64,000 nt of DNA from a virus (IMGVR_UViG_3300031277_000001:1466-65465), one strand, 5' to 3'; counted from the stretch's first letter, positions 54,144 through 61,818 are shown. The notes: generated by a model from the letters alone, not told the origin. A program made the numbers and translations.

Positions 54144-54238
54144 TGGGAGCGACGGGACTCGAACCCGCATCGCGCGCGGAGTGCACAAATACACCACAGT
54201 ATACCGCCGCCCGAGTGTTACCACTACACCACGCTCCC
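54144..54238 (-). ncRNA. tRNA-like RNA with expanded anticodon arm (95 nt)
   Basis: Acceptor GGGAGCG/CGCTCCC, D arm GTGT-AGTGGTA-ACAC, T arm GCGGG-TTCGAGT-CCCGT; anticodon region about 41 nt with no canonical 7-nt loop. Confidence 0.75.
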
Positions 54239-54390
54239 AAGCTGGCCGCCCTGTGGTACTCCGGATCTTTGGAGAGGGCGGCCTTAGAAATACCTCATAG
54301 AGAAAACATGTAGTAGGGACCATTACTTTGCGGCCCCCATATCAGACCTCCTTTCTACTCTACATACAGGACCATCAAGCGATCCCGCAA

Positions 54391-55464
54391 TCAGATGTGA
54401 CAATCGACGACGGTGAGGAAGGTCTCCGGTGGGTTGTTGAGAATGAAGTGATCAACGAATTCGTCGTCCCACTTCTGCTTGTCTTCATCTTTATCAGAAG
54501 ACATACACCACCAACCCATCACGCCGGGGGCATACCACTTGCCATCTTTAACAACAGCATAGGTAGAAAAAGCCTGCATCGCTTTCCGACGTACAAACTT
54601 GTTCCAATCTCCACCGGCGAAAATTGTTCTGTACTCACCAGAAAGAAGGAGATCGTGATCGGTGTCAAGTTCCTGGATCTTCTTGACAACAGGATGTTGA
54701 CTGTAGGCTTCCCGGGCCTTCTTAATGTCTTCATATTTTTCCCGATACTCGCTCCACAAAGGGATCTCCTGACCATCAAAGGCGGGGAAGAACTTGTCCC
54801 AGAGAGATTTAGCACACATCAACTGAGACAACACCATAGCGTCAAAGTCGATGTCTTTGACCTGAAGCTGAGCGCATCGTTCTGTTTCAATATGATCCTT
54901 GGGAGGACCCTCAACGAGAGCTGCGTCAGGTTTCCCAATGAGTTTAGGGAGTACAGAAGCCATCAACTTTTCGAATGGATGAGATTCTACAATAACGGGG
55001 GCAACTATGGCTTCTTTTTTGGGTATGAAGAAATTTGCCCATCTTCCTCCCACAGAATACCAATCCCAGAAACCATTGGGATTGCTCCAATCTCCGTAGC
55101 GCTTTTTCTCGGGATCTCGTTCATACCCACACCAGTTTTTCATATACTCTTCAAACGTGGCGAAGGTTTCTTTGTAAGGAATGAAACGTATTTCAAGGTG
55201 TTCGGGGACCTTGTGGGTGTTAGCCACCACCATCCCTATCTCTCCTGGAACTTTAAACTCGTCGTTCCAAGGAAGGAGTTTGCGACCATCTGGCATGATG
55301 ACATATTCAGTTCCTCCAGTTTCATACTCAGTTCTGTGCTCATCCTCGGTATCTTCAAACTCGAGGAGTTCGCGGGGAAAGTTTTCATCCCCATCATACT
55401 CCTGGTAAGGAGCGAGTTGCTCTTCGATGTTGTCCCCGATAACAAGGACAGTAAAATGTGACAT
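54391..55464 (-). CDS. Conserved phage hypothetical protein
   Basis: MSHF.VLV....E.QLAPY.E, NPN..WDWY..GGRW, DGKW...G.MGW, VDCH motifs. Confidence 0.75.
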   Translation of the reverse strand: MSHFTVLVIGDNIEEQLAPYQEYDGDENFPRELLEFEDTEDEHRTEYETGGTEYVIMPDGRKLLPWNDEFKVPGEIGMVVANTHKVPEHLEIRFIPYKETFATFEEYMKNWCGYERDPEKKRYGDWSNPNGFWDWYSVGGRWANFFIPKKEAIVAPVIVESHPFEKLMASVLPKLIGKPDAALVEGPPKDHIETERCAQLQVKDIDFDAMVLSQLMCAKSLWDKFFPAFDGQEIPLWSEYREKYEDIKKAREAYSQHPVVKKIQELDTDHDLLLSGEYRTIFAGGDWNKFVRRKAMQAFSTYAVVKDGKWYAPGVMGWWCMSSDKDEDKQKWDDEFVDHFILNNPPETFLTVVDCHI

Positions 55465-55691
55465 GTGTTCCTCCCTCAAATGTATATTCCGATCTGTCTT
55501 GTTCAAGCGTGGTAGATCACCTCCACACGACACCCGCCCCTCGTTGCAATTCACATGCAGATACCCTTCCTTTCCCGGGCAGGTGTTTCGACTATTTCTT
55601 GAGGACGCCAATCAAGAGAGCTACGCCTGCGGCTACTATGAAGAAAGCCAGGGCGCCCGCCAATGTAGCTATGATGATGTCTCCTACCATC

Positions 55692-56738
55692 TCAGGCCAC
55701 CTCTTCGTTCAGAACTCTCCAGTCTTGAGGAGAGAGCTCGATGACTTCGTGACCCTTCTGCTCCAAGGCAAACTGACGATCGCGATTGTCAATCTCCTTC
55801 GCGAGGGCCGTGATCGAGTTGGCGAGTCCCCAGCGGGAGGCGTCTCCCTCGGTCATCAGGTTCGTCATGACGGACTCACGCTCCTTCTCGGTGAGGTCAA
55901 AGCGGCGAGTGACGTTCTCAACGACGCGGATCGGGTTGGCGATCTTGTCTTCCGTGGCCTCGCGCAATCTCGTGACCATCTTCTCAAAAGAGGCTTGGGT
56001 GAGGGCGTGCGCGAAAGTGTCACGGAGTCTCAGACGGAACGCCTCGATCTCTGCCACGACCGTGTCGTGCTTGAAGATGTTGGTCTCCTGAGCGTCGTCG
56101 GAGATCCTCCGACCTATGTGCGTGCGACTCACGAGCGACTGTCCCACCATCCCGTTGGAGCACACGAGTCTCCAGATCAGCGTGGAGATGTCTACTGCAC
56201 CGTAGCCCACCTCCGAGTTGGAGAGGGTCACCCCCGCTTGGACGATGTCTCCCTTCTTGACCTCGGCTGCGAGGGAGGGGAAGACGATCTGGACGTACAT
56301 CTTGGTCTCCGTCAAGGAGAGAGCCCGGACTTCCACGTCAGCGAAGTCGCGCATGACGGGAAGGAAGGACTCCATGACGGTGTAGTGGTCAAACGGGACG
56401 AACTTGTCAGACAGAAACGCACGTGCTCTCCCGTCAAGGGTCCTCACCATCTTCTTGGTGTCCGGGTTGTTGTACAACCAAGCGTTGACGTTCTGCGCTC
56501 TGAGCCCGGGGATGGCTCCCATGGACTCGTAGTAGCGCTTCGGGATGCCGAGCTTCTCCGACACCTGCTGGTGCGAGACGTCCGTCATGGCGAACTTCCC
56601 GAGTCCCGAGAGCTCGAGAGTGTTGTCGTCGGACGCCATGTTGATGCTCCCCTGGTTGATGAGATAGTCGTTCTTCGACTTCTCAATCCGATCGACCTCC
56701 ATTGCGAGGTCGTTCATGCTAGTGTAGTTGCCTTTCAT
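55692..56738 (-). CDS. DUF932-family protein
   Basis: RT.DG.ARAFLSD.F, G..LSNSEVG.G, RLVCSNG. Confidence 0.8.
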   Translation of the reverse strand: MKGNYTSMNDLAMEVDRIEKSKNDYLINQGSINMASDDNTLELSGLGKFAMTDVSHQQVSEKLGIPKRYYESMGAIPGLRAQNVNAWLYNNPDTKKMVRTLDGRARAFLSDKFVPFDHYTVMESFLPVMRDFADVEVRALSLTETKMYVQIVFPSLAAEVKKGDIVQAGVTLSNSEVGYGAVDISTLIWRLVCSNGMVGQSLVSRTHIGRRISDDAQETNIFKHDTVVAEIEAFRLRLRDTFAHALTQASFEKMVTRLREATEDKIANPIRVVENVTRRFDLTEKERESVMTNLMTEGDASRWGLANSITALAKEIDNRDRQFALEQKGHEVIELSPQDWRVLNEEVA

Positions 56739-56901
56739 GTAGTTCCTCCTGTTGTTTGTTGTTCAACTGGTTGGCGACCTCCTCCGCTTCTGCGGCTGTG
56801 TCGCACCAATTAGTAACCTTGTTGATTGTACCTCGTGATGCCACTACACCTACGTAGTAGCAGCGTGCGCGAGGGTCGTAGCCATGTGAGTACTTGGTCA
56901 T
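56719..56901 (-). CDS. Hypothetical protein
   Basis: 60 aa ORF, ggagg SD upstream. Confidence 0.5.
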   Translation of the reverse strand: MTKYSHGYDPRARCYYVGVVASRGTINKVTNWCDTAAEAEEVANQLNNKQQEELHERQLH

Positions 56902-56916
56902 GCTGACATGTCCTCC

Positions 56917-57159
56917 CTAGAGAGGAGCTCCTGTGAAGGGATCACCTCCAGCAGCTATGAACTCCTCTAAGTTGTTGAGACCAATGGCGTCGGGGGAGAT
57001 CTCCACTTCCTTGCCCCCCTCATCAACTACAGTCTCCTCCCCTGTGACCTCAGGCTCGTTGTTGTCGACAGGAACACCTTCTTCATCAACAACATGGCAG
57101 TCATGCGACCACCAGCAGTCCACGCAGTTGCATCCGACGTCATGTTCCACGAGAATCAC
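56917..57159 (-). CDS. Acidic hypothetical protein
   Basis: GTGA overlap; CNCVDC. Confidence 0.5.
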   Translation of the reverse strand: MILVEHDVGCNCVDCWWSHDCHVVDEEGVPVDNNEPEVTGEETVVDEGGKEVEISPDAIGLNNLEEFIAAGGDPFTGAPL

Positions 57160-57509
57160 CTCCCCTCGTTAGGGGCCAGTAGACTCCGTGAGGAACGGAG
57201 ATAAGCAATCATCTCTTTTTCCTCATCGGAAGTGTTCCGACCCATGTTTGCAATTTCTTCCCGAGCCCAGGTTATCGCATCGATGTCCTCATCGAAGATG
57301 TAAGCTGACTTGAACAGTGAGCATGTCTCTCGATTGAAAGGACACTCAAAGAGACGTGAGACCCGGCACTCGATGACTCCGGCATAAAGATTTTCTTCGT
57401 TCTTGATGGCAACAGGACGAATGTGCCCCTGACCCAAGAAGAGGTCTGCCTTCACGATCATGATCTTGATCTCATGCGGAGCCTCCTCGCAGCTCTTGAT
57501 TCTTTCCAT
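57156..57509 (-). CDS. Hypothetical protein
   Basis: 117 aa ORF, GGAGGTA SD. Confidence 0.6.
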   Translation of the reverse strand: MERIKSCEEAPHEIKIMIVKADLFLGQGHIRPVAIKNEENLYAGVIECRVSRLFECPFNRETCSLFKSAYIFDEDIDAITWAREEIANMGRNTSDEEKEMIAYLRSSRSLLAPNEGR

Positions 57510-57673
57510 TCATACCTCCTCGTTGATATTACTTGCAGCTCCAGAGACGCCCGGGAGTGACGCGGGGGACACCCCCTCCACGCACACGCCATTTCGCTCG
57601 CGGACGTCATTGGAGCTGTACGCCTACTACCCTGTCGCTTCCCTCGGCGTCAGCTCATGAATGAAGATACAAC

Positions 57674-58024
57674 TTAAGACTTCGAGTTTCTGCAGTAAGG
57701 TCTGAGATACTCTATAAGAGTATTGTTCGCATCATCATTCTCAAAGAGGTCAATCTTCTTGACAGCCCCTTCCATGATGCTGTTGAGACGTTCTCGTGAC
57801 GCAGGGGTCCTCTCTTCCTCGGGCAGACTGTTCCAAGCCTCCCTACGGAAGCCTACTAAGATAGCGTTGAACGTGTGCTTCGTCTGCTTCATGTTCTTCT
57901 GCTCGTTGGACATGTGAGACTCGTCCACGCTCTCACCCGGAGCAGGATTCTGGAGACCCTTGTCAAGAGATGCGAGAACGATGGCGTCGATGTCGACAGG
58001 ATAGGTTAGCATTGAGATTAACAT
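57674..58024 (-). CDS. Hypothetical protein
   Basis: 116 aa ORF. Confidence 0.55.
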   Translation of the reverse strand: MLISMLTYPVDIDAIVLASLDKGLQNPAPGESVDESHMSNEQKNMKQTKHTFNAILVGFRREAWNSLPEEERTPASRERLNSIMEGAVKKIDLFENDDANNTLIEYLRPYCRNSKS

Positions 58025-58206
58025 GACGCACCCCCCTTCACAGAGACCATCTTCTTGAGCTCCGCGTCGAGGAACTCCTTGACCTCGGCGGGAGTCTTCT
58101 TTGACCAGGCCCTATCACAAAGGGGCTTCACTTGTGTCATGAAGTCGAAGCCCTTCTCGCGGGCCGTGGTCAGGAAGTCTACCATGACTTGTAGTTTTGT
58201 GTTCAT
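58018..58206 (-). CDS. Hypothetical protein
   Basis: 62 aa ORF, GGAGGTGA SD. Confidence 0.6.
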   Translation of the reverse strand: MNTKLQVMVDFLTTAREKGFDFMTQVKPLCDRAWSKKTPAEVKEFLDAELKKMVSVKGGASC

Positions 58207-58257
58207 GTTTCACCTCCTCAAGGTTGTAAAGAACTGTGGGACTGACTCAGATGATGA

Positions 58258-58482
58258 TTAGCCTAACACCCCCGCGTTGTCACCAGCACTCCAGCAGGTA
58301 CGTCTCTCAAAACTGAACATCTGCTGCTTCTTGTTACGAACAGCTTCTCTCAACTTCTTGAGATGCTCAGGAGAGGCCTGCATCGTGATCATCGGAGCCG
58401 TGGCGGGTGTACGATGTATCTTGACTTTTGGTTGAGGTCTTTCTTCTATGACCTCTTCAAATATAGTGACCTCTTGAATCAT
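58258..58482 (-). CDS. Hypothetical protein
   Basis: ATGA overlap, ggaggtg SD. Confidence 0.55.
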   Translation of the reverse strand: MIQEVTIFEEVIEERPQPKVKIHRTPATAPMITMQASPEHLKKLREAVRNKKQQMFSFERRTCWSAGDNAGVLG

Positions 58483-58673
58483 GAGAGCACCTCCTTCAAG
58501 CGCTCCTCAAGAGCAGGACGGATGCAGTCCAGATGAAAGTTGTCGTAGCCGGGAAGCCTGTTCTTGGCTATGAAGCGATTCATCAAGAAAGACTCTCCAG
58601 GATTGATGGACTCGTGGCAGTAGCGACACTCGCGCCGCCCCTTGGCCTTCTCGAGAGTGATGTTGATTAGCAT
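58479..58673 (-). CDS. Small zinc-finger protein (PARP-type CxxC...HxxC-like)
   Basis: A.GRRECRYCHESI.PGE...FHLDC; GGAGGTAC SD. Confidence 0.6.
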   Translation of the reverse strand: MLINITLEKAKGRRECRYCHESINPGESFLMNRFIAKNRLPGYDNFHLDCIRPALEERLKEVLS

Positions 58674-58686
58674 TTGTACCTCCTCC

Positions 58687-59166
58687 TTATTTTCTGTTCA
58701 TTACCGCAAGTACATTCTTGGTGTAGAACAGATTTCGAGACCAATAGCCATATACACAACGAGTCCCTTCTCGTGAAGGATCACCTGTGTCGTGTATCAC
58801 ACCATCAACAACAGCAACCAGATGCTTAGATAAGCAGACGATCAACCTACCTTCCTGAGGCAATTCTTCTCTTTTGAGATGCACTCTACAGCCCTTTCCT
58901 ATCTGCATAGTAGGAAACCACAAGAAACCAAGTGAGTTCATGTAATCGTGAAACCACTTCCTCCTCGTATATACACCCTTAGAAGCATCTTTTAACTTTC
59001 TGCTCTTTCTGGTCTTCCGTTGAGTTGAACACTTTGAAGAGAGAAACTCAAATACGTCTTTGTAGTCTTGCTCTGTTGCTATAGCTATGGCACGGGAGAC
59101 ACAGTCACCGGACATTTTCTTATATCCAGCAGCCTCGCGTCCTCCGTCATCATAGACAAACTCCAT
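58687..59166 (-). CDS. Conserved phage protein (GDCV.RAIAIA...H...V.DG.I.DT)
   Basis: Cys/His/Asp arrangement reminiscent of papain-like folds; GGAGGTAC SD. Confidence 0.65.
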   Translation of the reverse strand: MEFVYDDGGREAAGYKKMSGDCVSRAIAIATEQDYKDVFEFLSSKCSTQRKTRKSRKLKDASKGVYTRRKWFHDYMNSLGFLWFPTMQIGKGCRVHLKREELPQEGRLIVCLSKHLVAVVDGVIHDTGDPSREGTRCVYGYWSRNLFYTKNVLAVMNRK

Positions 59167-59272
59167 ACCGTACCTCCTCATGTAAGGTTGAGCGGGAAGC
59201 GGAGGGGAGGTACCGACCTCCGCCCCCGCTCCGTGCGGGCTTTCACCGCACTGGCCTTGCCCTTACTCCTTG

Positions 59273-59734
59273 TCAGAAAATGTTTATCGTGCCCTTCACC
59301 TGGATGTAGAACTCCGTGAAGGCTCCCTCCACGTTCCGCAACGACAAGTCAGACACGACAGCGTACGTCATGGCCGGGTGTATGCAGTAGTGCCTCACCC
59401 CTATCTCCAGTGAGTTCCCTATCCTGAGTCCTGCGTTGAATCCGTACAGCATCTCCGCGGGAGTACAGGAAGGTATGCCCTGAGAATTGCTCCAGTCAGT
59501 GAGGAGGAAGGGGATCTTGACAGAGGCTCCCACAAACACCGTGTCCAACAAGACGACCTCGGTAGCAAAGTCTGTGAATAGCCCAAAGGGTATCTCACTC
59601 AAGACGTCAGGGTTGTACGTCACGAAACCCGACGACATTCCCCCCACCTCTACCTTGAAGTTGACGTCGAGCACGTGATCGGCGTATGCCGATACTCCCA
59701 AGATAAACATGAACACAACTAACAGCTTCTTCAT
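59273..59734 (-). CDS. Secreted putative outer-membrane beta-barrel-like protein
   Basis: Signal peptide MKKLLVVFMFILGVSAYA, alternating amphipathic strands, C-terminal Phe. Confidence 0.55.
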   Translation of the reverse strand: MKKLLVVFMFILGVSAYADHVLDVNFKVEVGGMSSGFVTYNPDVLSEIPFGLFTDFATEVVLLDTVFVGASVKIPFLLTDWSNSQGIPSCTPAEMLYGFNAGLRIGNSLEIGVRHYCIHPAMTYAVVSDLSLRNVEGAFTEFYIQVKGTINIF

Positions 59735-59759
59735 ACTAATGTCCTCCTCAATCAAGATG

Positions 59760-60023
59760 TTATAGAGAGAATCTTATCGATTCCGCTTGATTCTGCAACA
59801 TCATAGCAGTAAAAATAAAACCTTGTCGCTGCGCGATATCCGCGTCGCGCTCGAGTTCCTGGATGTCCAGTAACTTCCGGATGTGAGACACCTTCCCCAC
59901 TTCAACTTCGTGGATCTTCTCGGAGATGGTCTTGGCAATTCTCTCGAGAGCTTCGGGAGGAAGCTCTTCGAGGAGCTCGTCGAACAGCATCCTCAAGATG
60001 CCCTTGCTGGTTTCATAATCCAT
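59760..60023 (-). CDS. Hypothetical protein
   Basis: 87 aa ORF, GGAGGTAC SD. Confidence 0.6.
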   Translation of the reverse strand: MDYETSKGILRMLFDELLEELPPEALERIAKTISEKIHEVEVGKVSHIRKLLDIQELERDADIAQRQGFIFTAMMLQNQAESIRFSL

Positions 60024-60203
60024 ACTGTACCTCCTGAGCTCTTCAGCTCCTGCTGCGCTTCTCTTACATGTTAGGCGGCTCCAGGTTGACCTACCCGTCC
60101 CTACAGTCTACTGGAGGAGAAGCGCATGAGGAGCCGGTCGCCCGGAGGCGACAGCTCTTGCCGTGGTTGGATCAACGGTGACACGGCAGACCGGCTAGAC
60201 GAA

Positions 60204-60422
60204 CTACTCGTCGTCTTCGAGATTGAGTTCAGGCTCCTCGCAATGCTCCACGAGTGTCTGGAGGAGATGATTGTAGTCGCCCTTCTTGCACTCGTCCAGG
60301 ACTTCCTTGATCTCCTCAGGAGTCCATCCTTCCTTCCTGGCCTGCCTCTGGAACGCTCCCATGAGAGAAAAGGCGTTTCCATCGAGACCCTCGAGTTGGA
60401 GCTTCACTTTCTTTGTAGTCAT
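60204..60422 (-). CDS. Conserved small phage protein (L.G.DGNAF..MG...GDY..LL)
   Basis: ATG 60422, GGAGGTAC SD; recurrent phage motif. Confidence 0.7.
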   Translation of the reverse strand: MTTKKVKLQLEGLDGNAFSLMGAFQRQARKEGWTPEEIKEVLDECKKGDYNHLLQTLVEHCEEPELNLEDDE

Positions 60423-60621
60423 GTTGTACCTCCGTGACCTTAGTGATCGCTGCTTCGCGTATAACATATATTATAATAGAAGCAACTTATTAGTCGCGCC
60501 CGCCAGTGTCGGACTGGCATCCGAGGCTATCATCTCGAGCGGACCGCCGCTGCGCGAAGAAAAAGGGGTAGCCTCTACGCGCCGGACTCTCACGAGTCAG
60601 GCTGCGCACTTTGGTGAGTTG

Positions 60622-60834
60622 TCATGCTGTGTAGATGTGGAATCCTTTGCCGTCTCTGTAGAATTCTACCAAGACCAGCTTACCTTCAAGTACCCACTTC
60701 TCGACCAGAAACCCCTGCTCGAGATCATACACTTGATAGTAACAAGAACCAGTCAAGTTCTTCTCAACACGAAGCGATCTGAACATGTTCTGACTCTCGT
60801 AAAAACTGGCCTCTGTAATGTTTGCCTTTGCCAT
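60622..60834 (-). CDS. Small early protein, cassette 3
   Basis: 70 aa, GGAGGTA SD; enclosed by inverted repeat 60565-60584/60856-60875. Confidence 0.7.
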   Translation of the reverse strand: MAKANITEASFYESQNMFRSLRVEKNLTGSCYYQVYDLEQGFLVEKWVLEGKLVLVEFYRDGKGFHIYTA

Positions 60835-60977
60835 GATATACCTCCACGCGCGTGTCGGCGCGTAGAAGCCACCCCGGTAGATCTTGCTGTGAACTTACCC
60901 GACGATTTCTCGTCACCCCTTGTCGATGAGGTACTTGACGCGCCGGACTACCGTGTGAGTAGTCAGCGGCGTGAGTA

Positions 60978-61184
60978 TCAGATACCCAGTTCAGTTAATT
61001 TCTGCTTGTACTCTTCCTCGGTGCTGAAGCGAAGTACGAAGTTCATCCCATACAAGGAACTTTCATGCTTCTTCGCCTCTGTTTGAGTAATGTTTCCAAG
61101 CGCTGTGTAGTAAGGTTTTCCACGAGATTGCATTAACTGCGGATTGCGTCTTTCTTTGATGTACCAGTACTTTGCCTTAGCCAT
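60978..61184 (-). CDS. Small early protein, cassette 2
   Basis: 68 aa, GGAGGTAC SD; enclosed by inverted repeat 60925-60945/61205-61225. Confidence 0.7.
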   Translation of the reverse strand: MAKAKYWYIKERRNPQLMQSRGKPYYTALGNITQTEAKKHESSLYGMNFVLRFSTEEEYKQKLTELGI

Positions 61185-61275
61185 GTTGTACCTCCTGCGC
61201 CTTTCAGCGCGTCAAGTACCTCATCTGCGTTCCAGTCCTCAACGCGCTGGACTGTTGCCAGCCAGCGGCGGTAGG

Positions 61276-61455
61276 TTAGTTTTCTTCCAAAACTTCAGTT
61301 AGGATACCTTCGACTTCAATTGCGTTTCCGTTTTCATCGTGTGATTGCGCACGCATCCGCTCACCGATAAAATCGGTGATTTCTTTTCCGTTGATCGTAT
61401 CCTGAGAAATTGTGCCGGTTGTTTCGTTGTCGAGTAATACGGTCCAAGTTTTCAT
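61276..61455 (-). CDS. Small acidic early protein (59 aa), cassette 1
   Basis: Manual translation MKTWTVLLDNETTGTISQDTINGKEITDFIGERMRAQSHDENGNAIEVEGILTEVLEEN; GGAGGTAC SD; enclosed by inverted repeat 61229-61249/61475-61495. Confidence 0.7.
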   Translation of the reverse strand: MKTWTVLLDNETTGTISQDTINGKEITDFIGERMRAQSHDENGNAIEVEGILTEVLEEN

Positions 61456-61714
61456 AGTGTACCTCCGTGCGCCTCAGCGCGTGGAGGACTAGAACTTCCT
61501 TCTCTATACGGCTTCCCGAAGCCCTACGGCAATCGGTCTTGCGGTTTGTGCCGGGCTGGTAATTTCGCCCCGCCTACTCGCGCTCGCCCCCTATGTGTTG
61601 CAGTTTCCTGCTCCGTCAGCCGGACTTTTGTTCGCTTACTTCCGCCCTACTTTAGGCGCTTTTTCGGCTATCCCTTTTGGGGAACGTGCCCGATAACTTT
61701 TTGTATATATACAT

Positions 61715-61743
61715 AATATAGTACAGATTTTGTCTAATGTCAA
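61715..61743 (-). promoter_or_regulatory. Strong sigma70-type early promoter
   Basis: TTGACA-17 nt-TATATT with AT-rich UP-like tract upstream. Confidence 0.8.
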
Positions 61744-61818
61744 GTATTCTTTTGAAAAGTTTTGTTTATTTTTCAGATTTTCACGGGAACCACTATACAG
61801 GTTTTAAGTGAAACACCT

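Larger units (their letters stand above)
60565..61495 (-). repeat. Three gene-bracketing 20-21 bp inverted-repeat pairs
   Basis: Arms verified base by base; shared inner end ACGCGCYG / CRGCGCGT. Confidence 0.85.

Noticed and set aside
54144-54238. Ordinary tRNA-His(GTG)
   Set aside because: CTGTGG lies in a 4-6 nt loop of an inner hairpin, not in a 7-nt loop on a canonical anticodon stem
59228-59260. Group II intron domain V or cobalamin riboswitch, from the GCGGTGAAAG hairpin
   Set aside because: No AGC/CGC catalytic-triad helix, no intron body or RT gene, and no B12 box; only a generic T-loop-like hairpin
60036-60157. Hammerhead ribozyme, prompted by CUGAAGA in a three-way junction
   Set aside because: The required GAAA strand and cleavage triplet are not in the right positions
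60455-60500. Second sigma70 early promoter
   Set aside because: A good TATAAT is present but there is no credible -35 at 16-18 nt spacing, so it was left uncalled
60565-61495. Integron attC cassette array or CRISPR array
   Set aside because: No consistent RYYYAAC/GTTRRRY cores, no integrase or cas gene in the window, and the repeats are gene-specific inverted pairs rather than identical direct repeats
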